Of a stretch of 64,000 bases of DNA, positions 1 to 9,576 are shown one piece after another. The stretch is from a virus. Taxonomy: Duplodnaviria; Caudoviricetes. The stretch lies in IMG/VR virus record IMGVR_UViG_3300025600_000018, positions 7,629 through 71,628 of that record. One strand, given 5' to 3'. Positions within the stretch are counted from its first letter, which is position 1, and each line of letters starts with the position of its first letter. The position numbers were made by a program, and so were the translations under genes. Below the pieces are notes generated by a model, which was not told the origin of the DNA, made no database searches, and saw only the letters and a list, made by a program, of their open reading frames with translations.

Positions 1-708
1 AACATTACTTTTTAAACATTCTCCTATTTCGTGTCTTGCTATATTTCTATTAGTAGTCTTTTTATTTGCTTGCATAATTTCAACAGTAACATATTTAAGA
101 AATGCCCATCTGATTTTTATGTTTTCTAATGGCACACCTAATTGTCTAATTCCCTCTGCATATAACACTAACTGCCCTTTTTCCTTATCAATTTTCTTAC
201 CAGTATATATACTTGATGTTTTCCAATCAGTAATAATAAAGTCTTTACCATCTTTAAATAGAAAATCTATATATCCCTGAAAGATTAATTTTCCTATTTT
301 TATTACAATAAATCGCTCAATATCTACTTTTTTATCGATTATTTGATGTTTTTTAAAGAAATGTCTTAAACAGGCTTCATACTTATCTGCAATTAATTTG
401 TTTTTTTCTTCATTAGTTCTATCATATTTTAGTTCAGATAAGTTAAAACCAAACAATGAATTTTCATATTCCATAATCATATCTTCAAATTTAATCTGTT
501 TGCCATAAAATCGTTCTAGAGTCGTATGGCAAACATTTCCAGAAATTGAATAAATTCCGTCTTTTCTATCTTCTTTGATATGACGTATGTACTTAAGATA
601 ATATTCAAATAAATCGTTCTTGGCGGTATTATATTTACTCCATGAGTATAAATCAAGTACATTATATTTCTTTTTAATAGCTTCTAATTCCTGTTTTGTT
701 TTCCTCAA
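1..708 (-). CDS. PD-(D/E)XK (RecB-family/PDDEXK_1-like) nuclease, truncated at window edge
   Basis: Not in ORF track. Hand translation from TTG at 708 (overlaps primase TGA) is open to position 1: LRKTKQELEA...GNVCHTTLE...FQGYIDFLFKDGKDFIITDWKTS...QLVLYA. Confidence 0.8.
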   Translation of the reverse strand, partial: MRKTKQELEAIKKKYNVLDLYSWSKYNTAKNDLFEYYLKYIRHIKEDRKDGIYSISGNVCHTTLERFYGKQIKFEDMIMEYENSLFGFNLSELKYDRTNEEKNKLIADKYEACLRHFFKKHQIIDKKVDIERFIVIKIGKLIFQGYIDFLFKDGKDFIITDWKTSSIYTGKKIDKEKGQLVLYAEGIRQLGVPLENIKIRWAFLKYVTVEIMQANKKTTNRNIARHEIGECLKSNV

Positions 709-1778
709 TTCTTTACCTCTTTCCATTTTAGATATTCTCGGTGTTCTTTTTCATCATATTTGACTTTGTATTTCCATAAAAATTCATATATTTTATTTTG
801 TTTGTCAGCAGGACTCTCTTTAGATTCAAGTAAATCCCATTTATCAAAAACGTAATATACATTTCTGATATTATAAAACTTCTCACATAAGTGTCTTATA
901 TGATTTATAGGTATTCCCTCATCCATCTGTATGACAATATCTACATCTAATGAAATAAGTATTTTTACTTGTTCGGAACTTATTTCATGACTACATACTG
1001 CACATCCTGTTTTGTCATTTCTACTGTGTCTTTTAAGAACTGATTTTTCACTTTCAAAAACATTTATATAATCAGCTTCTTGTATGTATTTATAATTTTC
1101 TTGTAACCCATATAAATTACAACTTTTTGGATAAGATTTCAAAGGAAAGTATTTTGGAATATCAAGCATATCCCATTCTTTAATTGTCGTTCTGCCTATA
1201 ATTCCAACATAATCATTTTCACTACCACACCACCATCTATGAGGTATGATAATTCTTCTCTTTTCATTGCTGTAACCTATTTTAAATTCTTCGCAAGTCC
1301 ATTGCATTATACCCTCTCTAATCCAATCAATATGAGGATATGGCATATAATCTTTTAACGCATTTTCATCAAATATTTCTATTTCATTAACATCGAATTG
1401 TATCTTATTTGATTTTACTTTTTTAAATATCTCTAATGGATCATTAATTATTTCTTTTTCTTTAGATTTTTTAGAAGTATATTTATACTCTAATCCAAAT
1501 AGTTTATGTAGATATTTATTTGATTCAGGAAATGAGATATTTAATATTGTCATACATAAGGTTGCTATATCACCACGAACCACAATGCCATCTGATTGAT
1601 ACACTTTAATCTTTCCAGTTTCCTTATTTACTACAATGGTATTTTTATTGTGATGGTTTGGTAAACCACAACGGTATTCTTTTGTATGCTCTTTAATATC
1701 ATGACACTTTAATGATTCCAATATCTCAACAATTTTATCATTGTCGATAATATATTTTATTAGTTCGTTTGTTGTCAT
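705..1778 (-). CDS. DNA primase (SPbeta YorJ-like; N-terminal Zn-binding region plus TOPRIM)
   Basis: RCGLPNHH N-terminus, IIGRT, TOPRIM-like VFESEKSV and MDEG; follows the helicase. Confidence 0.85.
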   Translation of the reverse strand: MTTNELIKYIIDNDKIVEILESLKCHDIKEHTKEYRCGLPNHHNKNTIVVNKETGKIKVYQSDGIVVRGDIATLCMTILNISFPESNKYLHKLFGLEYKYTSKKSKEKEIINDPLEIFKKVKSNKIQFDVNEIEIFDENALKDYMPYPHIDWIREGIMQWTCEEFKIGYSNEKRRIIIPHRWWCGSENDYVGIIGRTTIKEWDMLDIPKYFPLKSYPKSCNLYGLQENYKYIQEADYINVFESEKSVLKRHSRNDKTGCAVCSHEISSEQVKILISLDVDIVIQMDEGIPINHIRHLCEKFYNIRNVYYVFDKWDLLESKESPADKQNKIYEFLWKYKVKYDEKEHREYLKWKEVKN

Positions 1779-1799
1779 AAATATTAAATATCCCCTTTC

Positions 1800-3329
1800 C
1801 TACCAATCAATCGGCACTACTGTTTTACCTAATTCTTTATAAACATTTCTTGATAAATCATGTTCAACTACTATTTGAAATGAATTTGTACTACCTTCTC
1901 TGTTTTTTACTATGAAAATAAGTTGATAATTTTTACCCTTTTTTAATTTAATTGGAATTTCTGTTTCAATATTTCCATTCCTTTTCTCTATCTTATATAC
2001 ATATAATTCATGCTTCCCACCCTCATATTCATCTTCATATACTTGCCTTATCATTAAACAGGTGGATGCGACATCTACAATATTTTTAGCCATGCCGATA
2101 TTATCTTGACAAAAATACCTTTGCTTTGCGCTACCTTTCCCTAATTGGAATGTGATCCATATATGTACATTCTTTGATTGTGGCTTAATAACATCATTAA
2201 TATCTACCATATTTTGTTGCATACTAAACCAAAATGCTTCACTACTTGTAGTTTTTGAATCTGCTTTGTATGTATCAAGCATGAAATATTTAACACCCAT
2301 ACTTGCATATCTCTTTATTGTCTTAATTGCTTTAGCGGTTGTATACTGTGTGAAAGGCTTTAAGATGATCATGTTTTTATGTTGTTTAATCCACTCTGCA
2401 CATTTTTTAAGTAATGCTTTTGTTTCAGGTTTATATTTTCCATCTCTAACAATATATTTTTGTAAATCTTCTTTATAAATATTATTAGCAACCCAAACAA
2501 GATACTCTCTTTGCCATTTCTCCAATCCTTCCTCATTAATCATTATTACCATTTGAAGATCATGTTTGACAATAGAAGGAACTTTTAAGGTTCTTGATAG
2601 AGCAGTTTTTCCTACTCCGCTTAACCCGCCACACAAAGTAATACTACCCTCTAAATCTCCACCTATTTCTTTTGTGAGTAATGGAGAGTTGTCTAATTCT
2701 AATCCAACAGCTATTCCACCATCCAGTTTTTCAATTAATTCATCTATCCCATCGGCAATATCATGAGTAATATCATCACCATCTATATTAGAAAAAATGC
2801 TGTTCAATAATTGTTCATACTTTTCATATATATCTTCAGCTTTCATATCAATAAAATCTTTTATCATATCATCATAGATAGGAAATTTCCTTTTCAATAA
2901 ATCCATGACTGCAATCCATTTATACAATTCGTCAATATATCCATCTATATTATTAACCTTGACATATTCTTTTGCATTGTCTATTGTTTCATAACCTTTG
3001 TATTTTTCATAAGCTGCTTTTAACTTTAAATGTTTTTCTAAATATAAACCAACAGTAATATCATCAAGTGTTTGTTTTTTTTCTTTAATAACTATGTCAT
3101 ACCCTATTTGCCAATACACACGCCAACAATTATTATGAAATAATCCCAGCTTTAAATTGTCATATGTATAATATAAGTCAGGATTAGACCATAAAATTGA
3201 AACAATATTAGCTTCACAAGCTAATTTATACTCTAATATTTTCTTGTTGGCTTTTAATAATTCTACTTCAAACGCAGATATTTCAGGTGTATTTGTTTTT
3301 TTAACGTTTGTTTGAGCTATGTGAACCAA
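1800..3329 (-). CDS. Replicative DnaB-like helicase (YorI-like)
   Basis: Walker A GGLSGVGKT, Walker B FMLDTYK, IVKNREG motif; 509 aa. Confidence 0.85.
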   Translation of the reverse strand: MVHIAQTNVKKTNTPEISAFEVELLKANKKILEYKLACEANIVSILWSNPDLYYTYDNLKLGLFHNNCWRVYWQIGYDIVIKEKKQTLDDITVGLYLEKHLKLKAAYEKYKGYETIDNAKEYVKVNNIDGYIDELYKWIAVMDLLKRKFPIYDDMIKDFIDMKAEDIYEKYEQLLNSIFSNIDGDDITHDIADGIDELIEKLDGGIAVGLELDNSPLLTKEIGGDLEGSITLCGGLSGVGKTALSRTLKVPSIVKHDLQMVIMINEEGLEKWQREYLVWVANNIYKEDLQKYIVRDGKYKPETKALLKKCAEWIKQHKNMIILKPFTQYTTAKAIKTIKRYASMGVKYFMLDTYKADSKTTSSEAFWFSMQQNMVDINDVIKPQSKNVHIWITFQLGKGSAKQRYFCQDNIGMAKNIVDVASTCLMIRQVYEDEYEGGKHELYVYKIEKRNGNIETEIPIKLKKGKNYQLIFIVKNREGSTNSFQIVVEHDLSRNVYKELGKTVVPIDW

Positions 3330-3332
3330 CTC

Positions 3333-3896
3333 CTACCATATTTCTTTTAAATCTCTGTTTTCCCTTTTCTTTTCACGCTTAAATTCAGCACCTTCATGAA
3401 AAACATGATCCATATTAATAGATAAAGCTTTTTCTTTTGCCCTTTTTGCATTATCTAATCTGATAACCATATCATTAATGTTTCGTTCAATAATTTGCAT
3501 CATATAATTAAATTTGTGTTGCTCATTAGAGAATTTAGTTTGATTCGATTTAAACCCCATTATTATATCCATTTTACATGACTTGAATGTGTACAATATT
3601 GTTTGAAAGTCATAGTGTGCTTTTGCTTCTGTGGCATTATTTGCATATGCTTTGCCATCTGCCATACCTCTTAAACGTAAAACCATATACTTTGGTAGCA
3701 TCATATCCAACGAATAACCCATTATTTCTTTTCTCACATATTGATATAATTCATTCCAACCAGCATAAAGTTCAGCATTATATATTTTTATATTCTCTTT
3801 TTCTTTGGCTTTTTTTTCTCTAATTCTTAGTTTTTCTTGTTTTTCTTGTTCGATTTCCTCTTTACTTCTTCTTGGCTTTATTTGTGCCATATTCAC
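3333..3896 (-). CDS. Hypothetical replication-module protein (YorH-like position)
   Basis: 187-aa ORF between AAA ATPase and helicase; matches recalled SPbeta yorG-yorH-yorI order. Confidence 0.55.
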   Translation of the reverse strand: MNMAQIKPRRSKEEIEQEKQEKLRIREKKAKEKENIKIYNAELYAGWNELYQYVRKEIMGYSLDMMLPKYMVLRLRGMADGKAYANNATEAKAHYDFQTILYTFKSCKMDIIMGFKSNQTKFSNEQHKFNYMMQIIERNINDMVIRLDNAKRAKEKALSINMDHVFHEGAEFKREKKRENRDLKEIW

Positions 3897-3901
3897 ACCC
3901 C

Positions 3902-3925
3902 AAAAAGGGGAAATTAATCCCCATT
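3902..3925 (-). terminator. Intrinsic terminator
   Basis: Minus strand GGGGA-TTAATT-TCCCC-TTTTT just after the ATPase stop. Confidence 0.65.
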
Positions 3926-3928
3926 TAT

Positions 3929-4924
3929 TTACTTTAATAGCTTAATATAATCAATTAATTTAGAAAGTGCATCTAAATCTTCTGACTTTAATGGATTTGT
4001 CATTTCAAGTCTTTTAGATTCTTTGAGCATTTTTGTTTTATTTTCATCACTAAGCTTTCCTGCTAATGATTTAAACTCGGTTCTTAGATCATCTAAATTA
4101 TTATCTTCTAATTCCATTCTTTCTTGATCCTTTTGAATGCCTTTTGATAAATCTAATCCTTTTTTTATACCAAACTTTTTAGTAGATTCCCACTTTTTTC
4201 TCCATATTTCAAATGAAATATTCTCTTTAACATCACCCTTTTGAGTTACACCAGTGCGATCTTTTAAAATCTTTCCAAAATATTTAATACCATCTTTATC
4301 TTCAACGGTATAACTTTGAATTATAATATCAAAATCATACTCTGCTTTCTTAGCAAGGTCTGGTGCTTCGCCTATTTTAACTCTATCAATACCCTTCTTT
4401 TTTTCGTCTACCGTTCCATCACGCATAATATCTTTTTGATGAGCAATTTCAACAACCCATTTACCCATTGATGACAACATAATATACATTGTTTTCAGTT
4501 GTTGATTCCATCTTTTGATGTGTCCCCAATCCCTTTGTGCAAGGTTTAAATCTTCTGCATCTACATTAATACCTTTGCTGATTTGCTTTTTAACTCTTTT
4601 TTCTACTATTTCATATGCGCTGGCTTGCATATTCTCATATAGTTTTGTACCAGAATCGATCATTATTGTGTCAAATGACTTTAATGATTCTTCGTCATTA
4701 AGTTCGTCCAATGCTTCTTGAACCTCAGTTGCGGATGTAGTTCTTAAAACATTTAAGATATTTGGATTCTGTTCTAAATAATATGTATTACCATCTTCGC
4801 TATCTGCTAAATTAATCTTTGGAAACGTACCACCTATTGTAGATTTTCCAGAACCAGTTGCTCCGAATACCAAAACCTTACCACCAACATATGCTAATAC
4901 TTCTTCTTTTGGTTGAAACCCCAT
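3929..4924 (-). CDS. AAA_24/Sak4-like P-loop ATPase (YorG-like)
   Basis: GATGSGKST Walker A, IMIDSGT, IAHQKD motifs. Confidence 0.8.
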   Translation of the reverse strand: MGFQPKEEVLAYVGGKVLVFGATGSGKSTIGGTFPKINLADSEDGNTYYLEQNPNILNVLRTTSATEVQEALDELNDEESLKSFDTIMIDSGTKLYENMQASAYEIVEKRVKKQISKGINVDAEDLNLAQRDWGHIKRWNQQLKTMYIMLSSMGKWVVEIAHQKDIMRDGTVDEKKKGIDRVKIGEAPDLAKKAEYDFDIIIQSYTVEDKDGIKYFGKILKDRTGVTQKGDVKENISFEIWRKKWESTKKFGIKKGLDLSKGIQKDQERMELEDNNLDDLRTEFKSLAGKLSDENKTKMLKESKRLEMTNPLKSEDLDALSKLIDYIKLLK

Positions 4925-4960
4925 ATGTATAATCCTCCTATAATTTTCGTTTAATGTTTA

Positions 4961-4997
4961 TATTAGAATGGATATAAAATTCATACCCATTCTAATA
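4961..4997. terminator. Hairpin between ATPase and YorF-like gene
   Basis: TATTAGAATGG...CCATTCTAATA 11-bp inverted repeat. Confidence 0.5.
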
Positions 4998-5012
4998 ATC
5001 TAACCTTATTTA

Positions 5013-6221
5013 TTAATCGTCTAGTGCATCCATCCAGCTTGTATCTTCTGTATCTTCTTCTTCGGCATCTTCAATAAGTGCTTTATTCTTTTTAACTTTG
5101 CTATCTACCTTAGTTTCGGCAGCATGTTCTTCATCCTCAAACATGAAATCAAATATTAAATCTTCCTCTACATATTGACTTTCAGTTCTTACAATGACAG
5201 GCATTTTATTTTCATCATCACCCACCATTTTAATTGTTGGTCTGCGGATAATCATTCTCTTTTCCTTACTACCACCAACCGCACACTTACTAATAGCATC
5301 TTCCATTGTATAAGCACCACAATTAACCAAATCTCTAATATCATCTGGTAGATCAGCTTCGGTAACATTAACCAAACTTTGACCTTCAAGAATGTCACCC
5401 TCAAGTGAAATTTCTGTGATATCCTTCTTGACTCTTAGCAATTTATCAAGAAACTTCTTTGTATTTTCAGGTTTTGCCTTATCTACTTCAAGTTCAAATA
5501 CTTTGTAAAATGCTATATTTTGCTTAACTTCTTTAGCATTAAACATTTTAGTATAATCTACAACTCTACAAGTGATAGGATATACTGCTTTTTCTTTGTC
5601 TAACTTTCCAACGCTATCTTTATCAATAAGTACAGTTTGTGTAAATACCGCTTTGTACTTAGTCTTATCTTCCACGCTGGATAGATAAATACTCTTTATT
5701 TCCTTTTTGCACTGTACGTTTTCATTGTAAAGTGAATACTTAAATTCTCCCTTAACATTAATAACCGCACCGTTTACCAAATTTTCATTTACATATTTAA
5801 TAGCATCATAGGCAGATAAAAATTTCTTTCCAAATACTTTACCTTTTTTATCTTTTTCAAGTCCAACAGTTAGAAAACTTTTATCTCCAATTGTTGCAAG
5901 AACTTCTTCATCAAATCTATCTTCCCATGCAATTTTAAATTGATTTTCAAAATCGTCTACAGTCTTACCTTTATCATTTTCTTTTACACCATGAACATAC
6001 AATACGTTATCTCTTTCAGAACCATATCCACCCATCAGTTCTGTATAAACAACATTACTTTCACCGCAATCAACTCCGATATTTAATTGATTAAATACCC
6101 AATCTGACTTCTTGCTATTTTCATCAATTTTAAATGTGAAGTCATTAATTTTTGCTTCACCAATTAATACGAATGATGACTGACCTCTTTTGAGTGGTTT
6201 CTTCTCTGTTTTCTTCGCCAT
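5013..6221 (-). CDS. YorF-like protein, possible ssDNA-binding protein
   Basis: First gene of the replication module; beta-rich with acidic C-tail EEEDTEDTSWMDALDD typical of SSBs. Confidence 0.5.
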   Translation of the reverse strand: MAKKTEKKPLKRGQSSFVLIGEAKINDFTFKIDENSKKSDWVFNQLNIGVDCGESNVVYTELMGGYGSERDNVLYVHGVKENDKGKTVDDFENQFKIAWEDRFDEEVLATIGDKSFLTVGLEKDKKGKVFGKKFLSAYDAIKYVNENLVNGAVINVKGEFKYSLYNENVQCKKEIKSIYLSSVEDKTKYKAVFTQTVLIDKDSVGKLDKEKAVYPITCRVVDYTKMFNAKEVKQNIAFYKVFELEVDKAKPENTKKFLDKLLRVKKDITEISLEGDILEGQSLVNVTEADLPDDIRDLVNCGAYTMEDAISKCAVGGSKEKRMIIRRPTIKMVGDDENKMPVIVRTESQYVEEDLIFDFMFEDEEHAAETKVDSKVKKNKALIEDAEEEDTEDTSWMDALDD

Positions 6222-6338
6222 AAAATAATTTTCCTCCTAAATTTTGTTTTCTCGTCTTGTTTGTTTTCTTCTTTTTATATTTTATTTAATATAAACTATG
6301 TAACTGTGTATGAAATTGTCATTTTATGATTATTTACG

Positions 6339-6383
6339 CACTACATATTGTGGGTTATGTTTATTTAATCACTATATATGGTG
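6339..6383. promoter_or_regulatory. Tandem NrdR boxes upstream of the replication operon
   Basis: CACTACATATTGTG (6339) and CACTATATATGGTG (6370), 31 bp apart; match acaCwAtATaTwGtg. Confidence 0.7.
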
Positions 6384-6428
6384 GTGTCCTTGCCCTACAA
6401 ATAGCCTTTAATATCTTATTCAATACTC

Positions 6429-8399
6429 TTAAACTTCCCTTCCTATCATTTTATTAAAATCATCTTCTGATATAATTGGAACTCCTAATTGTTGTGCTTT
6501 TTGATTCTTACCAGATGTTGAAGTTGTATCATTATTGATTAAAAATGTAGTGTTTTTAGATACGCTTCCTGATAACTTACCTTCAAGACAAATAATTAAA
6601 TCTTCCAGTTCATTTCTATTCTTAAAGGTAGTTACAGTACCAGTTACAACAAAAATCTTATCAAATAAACTTTCAAAATTTGGTGTTGATTTTTTCTGTG
6701 GTTTATTAATATTGAGAATATAAACTAATTCAAACCATTGTTTTTTATTATCCTCAATTTTAAACCAACCGTTTAAATTATCACTCATTATTTTTCCAAA
6801 ATCATCAAGACTAGTAAAATCAAATCCACCTAATATTACATTGTCAAATTCTTCCCAATTATATTGAAAGAAGTTTGCTATTGTTTTACAGGCTGATCTT
6901 CCTATTTGGGCAATTCCCAAAGAATAAATAAAGTTAGCCATATCCACATTTTTAGATTTCTCAATTGCTTCAATAAGTTTTTCATATGATCTCTTACCAA
7001 ATCCTTCAAGATTTATTATATTAACTTTGTACTGTTCTAGTTTGTAAATATCAGAGAATGTTTTAATAAATCCTTCAGCAATTAATTTCTCAAGCGTTGC
7101 CTCAGACAGTCCATCAATATTCATAGCTTCTCTTGAAACAAAGTGAGATAATTTACCTATTAGTTGTGCTGGACAGTTGGGATTATTACAAAATAAAAAT
7201 CTTGTATCTTTAGGTTTTTTAATGATATAATCATTTCCGCATGATGGACATTTCATATTAAGTTGATATGTACCAGTTTTATCTAAATTTTCATCTATTT
7301 GAGGAATGATCATATTAGCTTTATAAACCGAAATTCGATCTCCAACTCCAAATTCAAAATCTTCAAATATATCAACATTATGAACACTTGCTCTTGATAC
7401 TTCTGTACCATCAATTTCTACTGTATCAAATAATGCAGTTACAGAACCCATACCAGTTCTTGTTGTATTTGTTTCAATTCCTCTGAATATTGTTTCATAG
7501 CTATCGTCAAACCATTTGAAAGCATATAGGGCTTTGCTATGATGTCCTGTAAATCCTTGTAGTTTTCCGTAAGCGATATTATCATATTCAACAATCAAAC
7601 CATCAGTTGGATAAGGTAGAGTTTTAACATTATCTTCAAACCAAGACATTGACTGACTTAATGTTTCTTTATTTATTTCTATATAATGTACAACTTCAAA
7701 ACCAAGCAATCCTAAACGATGAAGTTGTAAACATTTACGAGATATTTTATCATCACAATTAACAATTCCAAATGCTTTAAATATTAACTTTCTTGATTTT
7801 GTAACATTTGCATCTAACTGTCTTACACTTCCTGATGCCAAATTCCTTGAATTTGCAAATGGTTCTTCACCTTGTAATAATAGTTCCTCATTAATTCTAT
7901 TAAACTCTTCAAATGTAACCAATCCCTCGCCACGAATTTCTAAATATCCTTTATAACTAATCGTCAAAGGTATATTTAAAAAAGTTCTAACAGTATGAGT
8001 AACATCTTCGCCATATTCTCCCCTACCTCTTGTAATTGCTTGAATAAATTTACCGTCATTATATTTTAAAACAATAGTTAATCCATCAAGTTTCCAAGAT
8101 AAAATACAAGGTTGATCTCCCATAAATTTTATAATATCATTTACATCTTTTGATTTATCGGCAGATAACATAGGCTCTGAATGTTTTACTTTTGTGAGAA
8201 ATGGAAGTATTTCACCTTGAACTTTTTGAGTTGGAGAAATAGAAAGTATACAATTAGTTCGTTTTTCTAACATTGATAATTCATCGAAGAGTTTATCATA
8301 TTGCTTGTCTGTCATTATTGGATTATCTAATGTATAATAATGATGAGATGCTTCATTACACAATTTCACCAATTCATGTATTCTTGAAATATCTGTCAA
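6429..8399 (-). CDS. ligA: NAD-dependent DNA ligase
   Basis: WKLDG adenylation motif, RGEG, DGLIV, AFKW, OB fold, CPSC...CNNPNC zinc finger, HhH, C-terminal BRCT. Confidence 0.95.
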   Translation of the reverse strand: MTDISRIHELVKLCNEASHHYYTLDNPIMTDKQYDKLFDELSMLEKRTNCILSISPTQKVQGEILPFLTKVKHSEPMLSADKSKDVNDIIKFMGDQPCILSWKLDGLTIVLKYNDGKFIQAITRGRGEYGEDVTHTVRTFLNIPLTISYKGYLEIRGEGLVTFEEFNRINEELLLQGEEPFANSRNLASGSVRQLDANVTKSRKLIFKAFGIVNCDDKISRKCLQLHRLGLLGFEVVHYIEINKETLSQSMSWFEDNVKTLPYPTDGLIVEYDNIAYGKLQGFTGHHSKALYAFKWFDDSYETIFRGIETNTTRTGMGSVTALFDTVEIDGTEVSRASVHNVDIFEDFEFGVGDRISVYKANMIIPQIDENLDKTGTYQLNMKCPSCGNDYIIKKPKDTRFLFCNNPNCPAQLIGKLSHFVSREAMNIDGLSEATLEKLIAEGFIKTFSDIYKLEQYKVNIINLEGFGKRSYEKLIEAIEKSKNVDMANFIYSLGIAQIGRSACKTIANFFQYNWEEFDNVILGGFDFTSLDDFGKIMSDNLNGWFKIEDNKKQWFELVYILNINKPQKKSTPNFESLFDKIFVVTGTVTTFKNRNELEDLIICLEGKLSGSVSKNTTFLINNDTTSTSGKNQKAQQLGVPIISEDDFNKMIGREV

Positions 8400-8411
8400 A
8401 TTTTCACTTCC

Positions 8412-8681
8412 TTAATTCAAATTTGGAATGCCAAACAATGTCACATTTCTACTTGTTTCATTATCATAAGATACACCACAAACAACAAGTCTATTTTGGT
8501 CAACTAATTCTGTGATTCTAGGTCTTGCAAAGTTGGGATCGGATTTACCTAGCTTGTGCATACATTCTCTTGCAGTCATGTTTCCATACGTTCTAAACGC
8601 ATCCAATATAACTTCTTGTCGTGTAGTCTTGTCCACTTTTATGTAACTGTCATGCCTTGTTTCTTGGGTAACTTGATTCAT
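8412..8681 (-). CDS. Small winged-helix DNA-binding protein
   Basis: MTARECMHKLG...ARPRITELVDQNRLVVCG wHTH-like pattern. Confidence 0.5.
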   Translation of the reverse strand: MNQVTQETRHDSYIKVDKTTRQEVILDAFRTYGNMTARECMHKLGKSDPNFARPRITELVDQNRLVVCGVSYDNETSRNVTLFGIPNLN

Positions 8682-8793
8682 ATTTTTGTACTCTCCTTTT
8701 CTATTGTTTTATATTAGCTATTTACTCACGTTTTATAAACCGAATAAAACATTTTATATCCATTTTCTTTATTGCACTGTAATATCAGCCATT

Positions 8794-9078
8794 TTAATTT
8801 TTATTCCAATCTAATTTTTGCCCACAATCAAAACAATATTTATTTCCTTTTTGTTTTGCAGAATATCCACACACAGGGCAACTTCCGTATCTTGTTTGAT
8901 TTACTAAATAAGTATTAACAACCTTTTTCCCAATCTGCTTTTCAAGTGCTTTGATTGCATTATCGCAATAATAGTTTAATTCTTCTTTTATTTCATATGA
9001 AGAATCACAAGGAAATTCTGCTTGTATTGCGTTAATACCTTTTATAATTTTTTCTATCTCGTCCATTTTGATTTCCAC
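8794..9078 (-). CDS. Zinc-ribbon hypothetical protein
   Basis: CPVCG...CFDCGQKLDW. Confidence 0.6.
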   Translation of the reverse strand: MEIKMDEIEKIIKGINAIQAEFPCDSSYEIKEELNYYCDNAIKALEKQIGKKVVNTYLVNQTRYGSCPVCGYSAKQKGNKYCFDCGQKLDWNKN

Positions 9079-9118
9079 TTCCTATCTGTTTAAAATTGGG
9101 ATTTCATGCACATTTTGA

Positions 9119-9164
9119 CACAACATATAGTGGTATGATTAATATGTAACCACTATATATGGTA
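9119..9164. promoter_or_regulatory. Tandem NrdR boxes upstream of the genes leading to ligA
   Basis: CACAACATATAGTG (9119) and CACTATATATGGTA (9151), 32 bp apart. Confidence 0.65.
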
Positions 9165-9500
9165 TGCTAAATTTCTAATAATTTCAGGTATTTCACCTAT
9201 TACAACTTTTGCAATTCCATATGTTTCCATAACTCTTTTACAACTATTACAACAATATGTATGTCCTAATAAATATAGTGTTCCACCTTTTGCAAAATAA
9301 TCAGATTTTCTACAAGCATCTACTTCTGCATGATAGTTTTGATGACAAACAGATTTACAGAGTTCATAGCCTACACCAGTTTCCATATCTTTTCTCGGAC
9401 ATTCAGTTTGTGCAGTTTGACACCAATTTGTACCAATCCAATATTGACCACGATTTTCAATAATTGCTATTGTTTCTTGTTTTGCACATTTACCGATCAT
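9153..9500 (-). CDS. dCMP/cytidine deaminase-family protein
   Basis: HAEVDAC and YCCNSC zinc motifs; likely start ATG at 9500 (MIGKCAKQ) after an SD. Confidence 0.75.
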   Translation of the reverse strand: MIGKCAKQETIAIIENRGQYWIGTNWCQTAQTECPRKDMETGVGYELCKSVCHQNYHAEVDACRKSDYFAKGGTLYLLGHTYCCNSCKRVMETYGIAKVVIGEIPEIIRNLAYHI

Positions 9501-9576
9501 ATATTTCACTCCTTTCTTTTCTACACTAAGTATACCAAACATTTCTATATTTGTCAACATTTATTTTAACGTTTTA

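Noticed and set aside
2152-2766. Plus-strand ORFs antisense to the helicase, and similar antisense ORFs across both arms (e.g. 3587, 4515, 6535, 10262, 20569, 34482, 50200, 60231, 62913)
   Set aside because: They are shadow frames of well-supported genes, with no SD or recognisable motifs.
6429-8399. Intein or intron in the ligase, RNA polymerase or helicase
   Set aside because: Lengths and motif spacing are normal, with no splicing or LAGLIDADG signatures seen.
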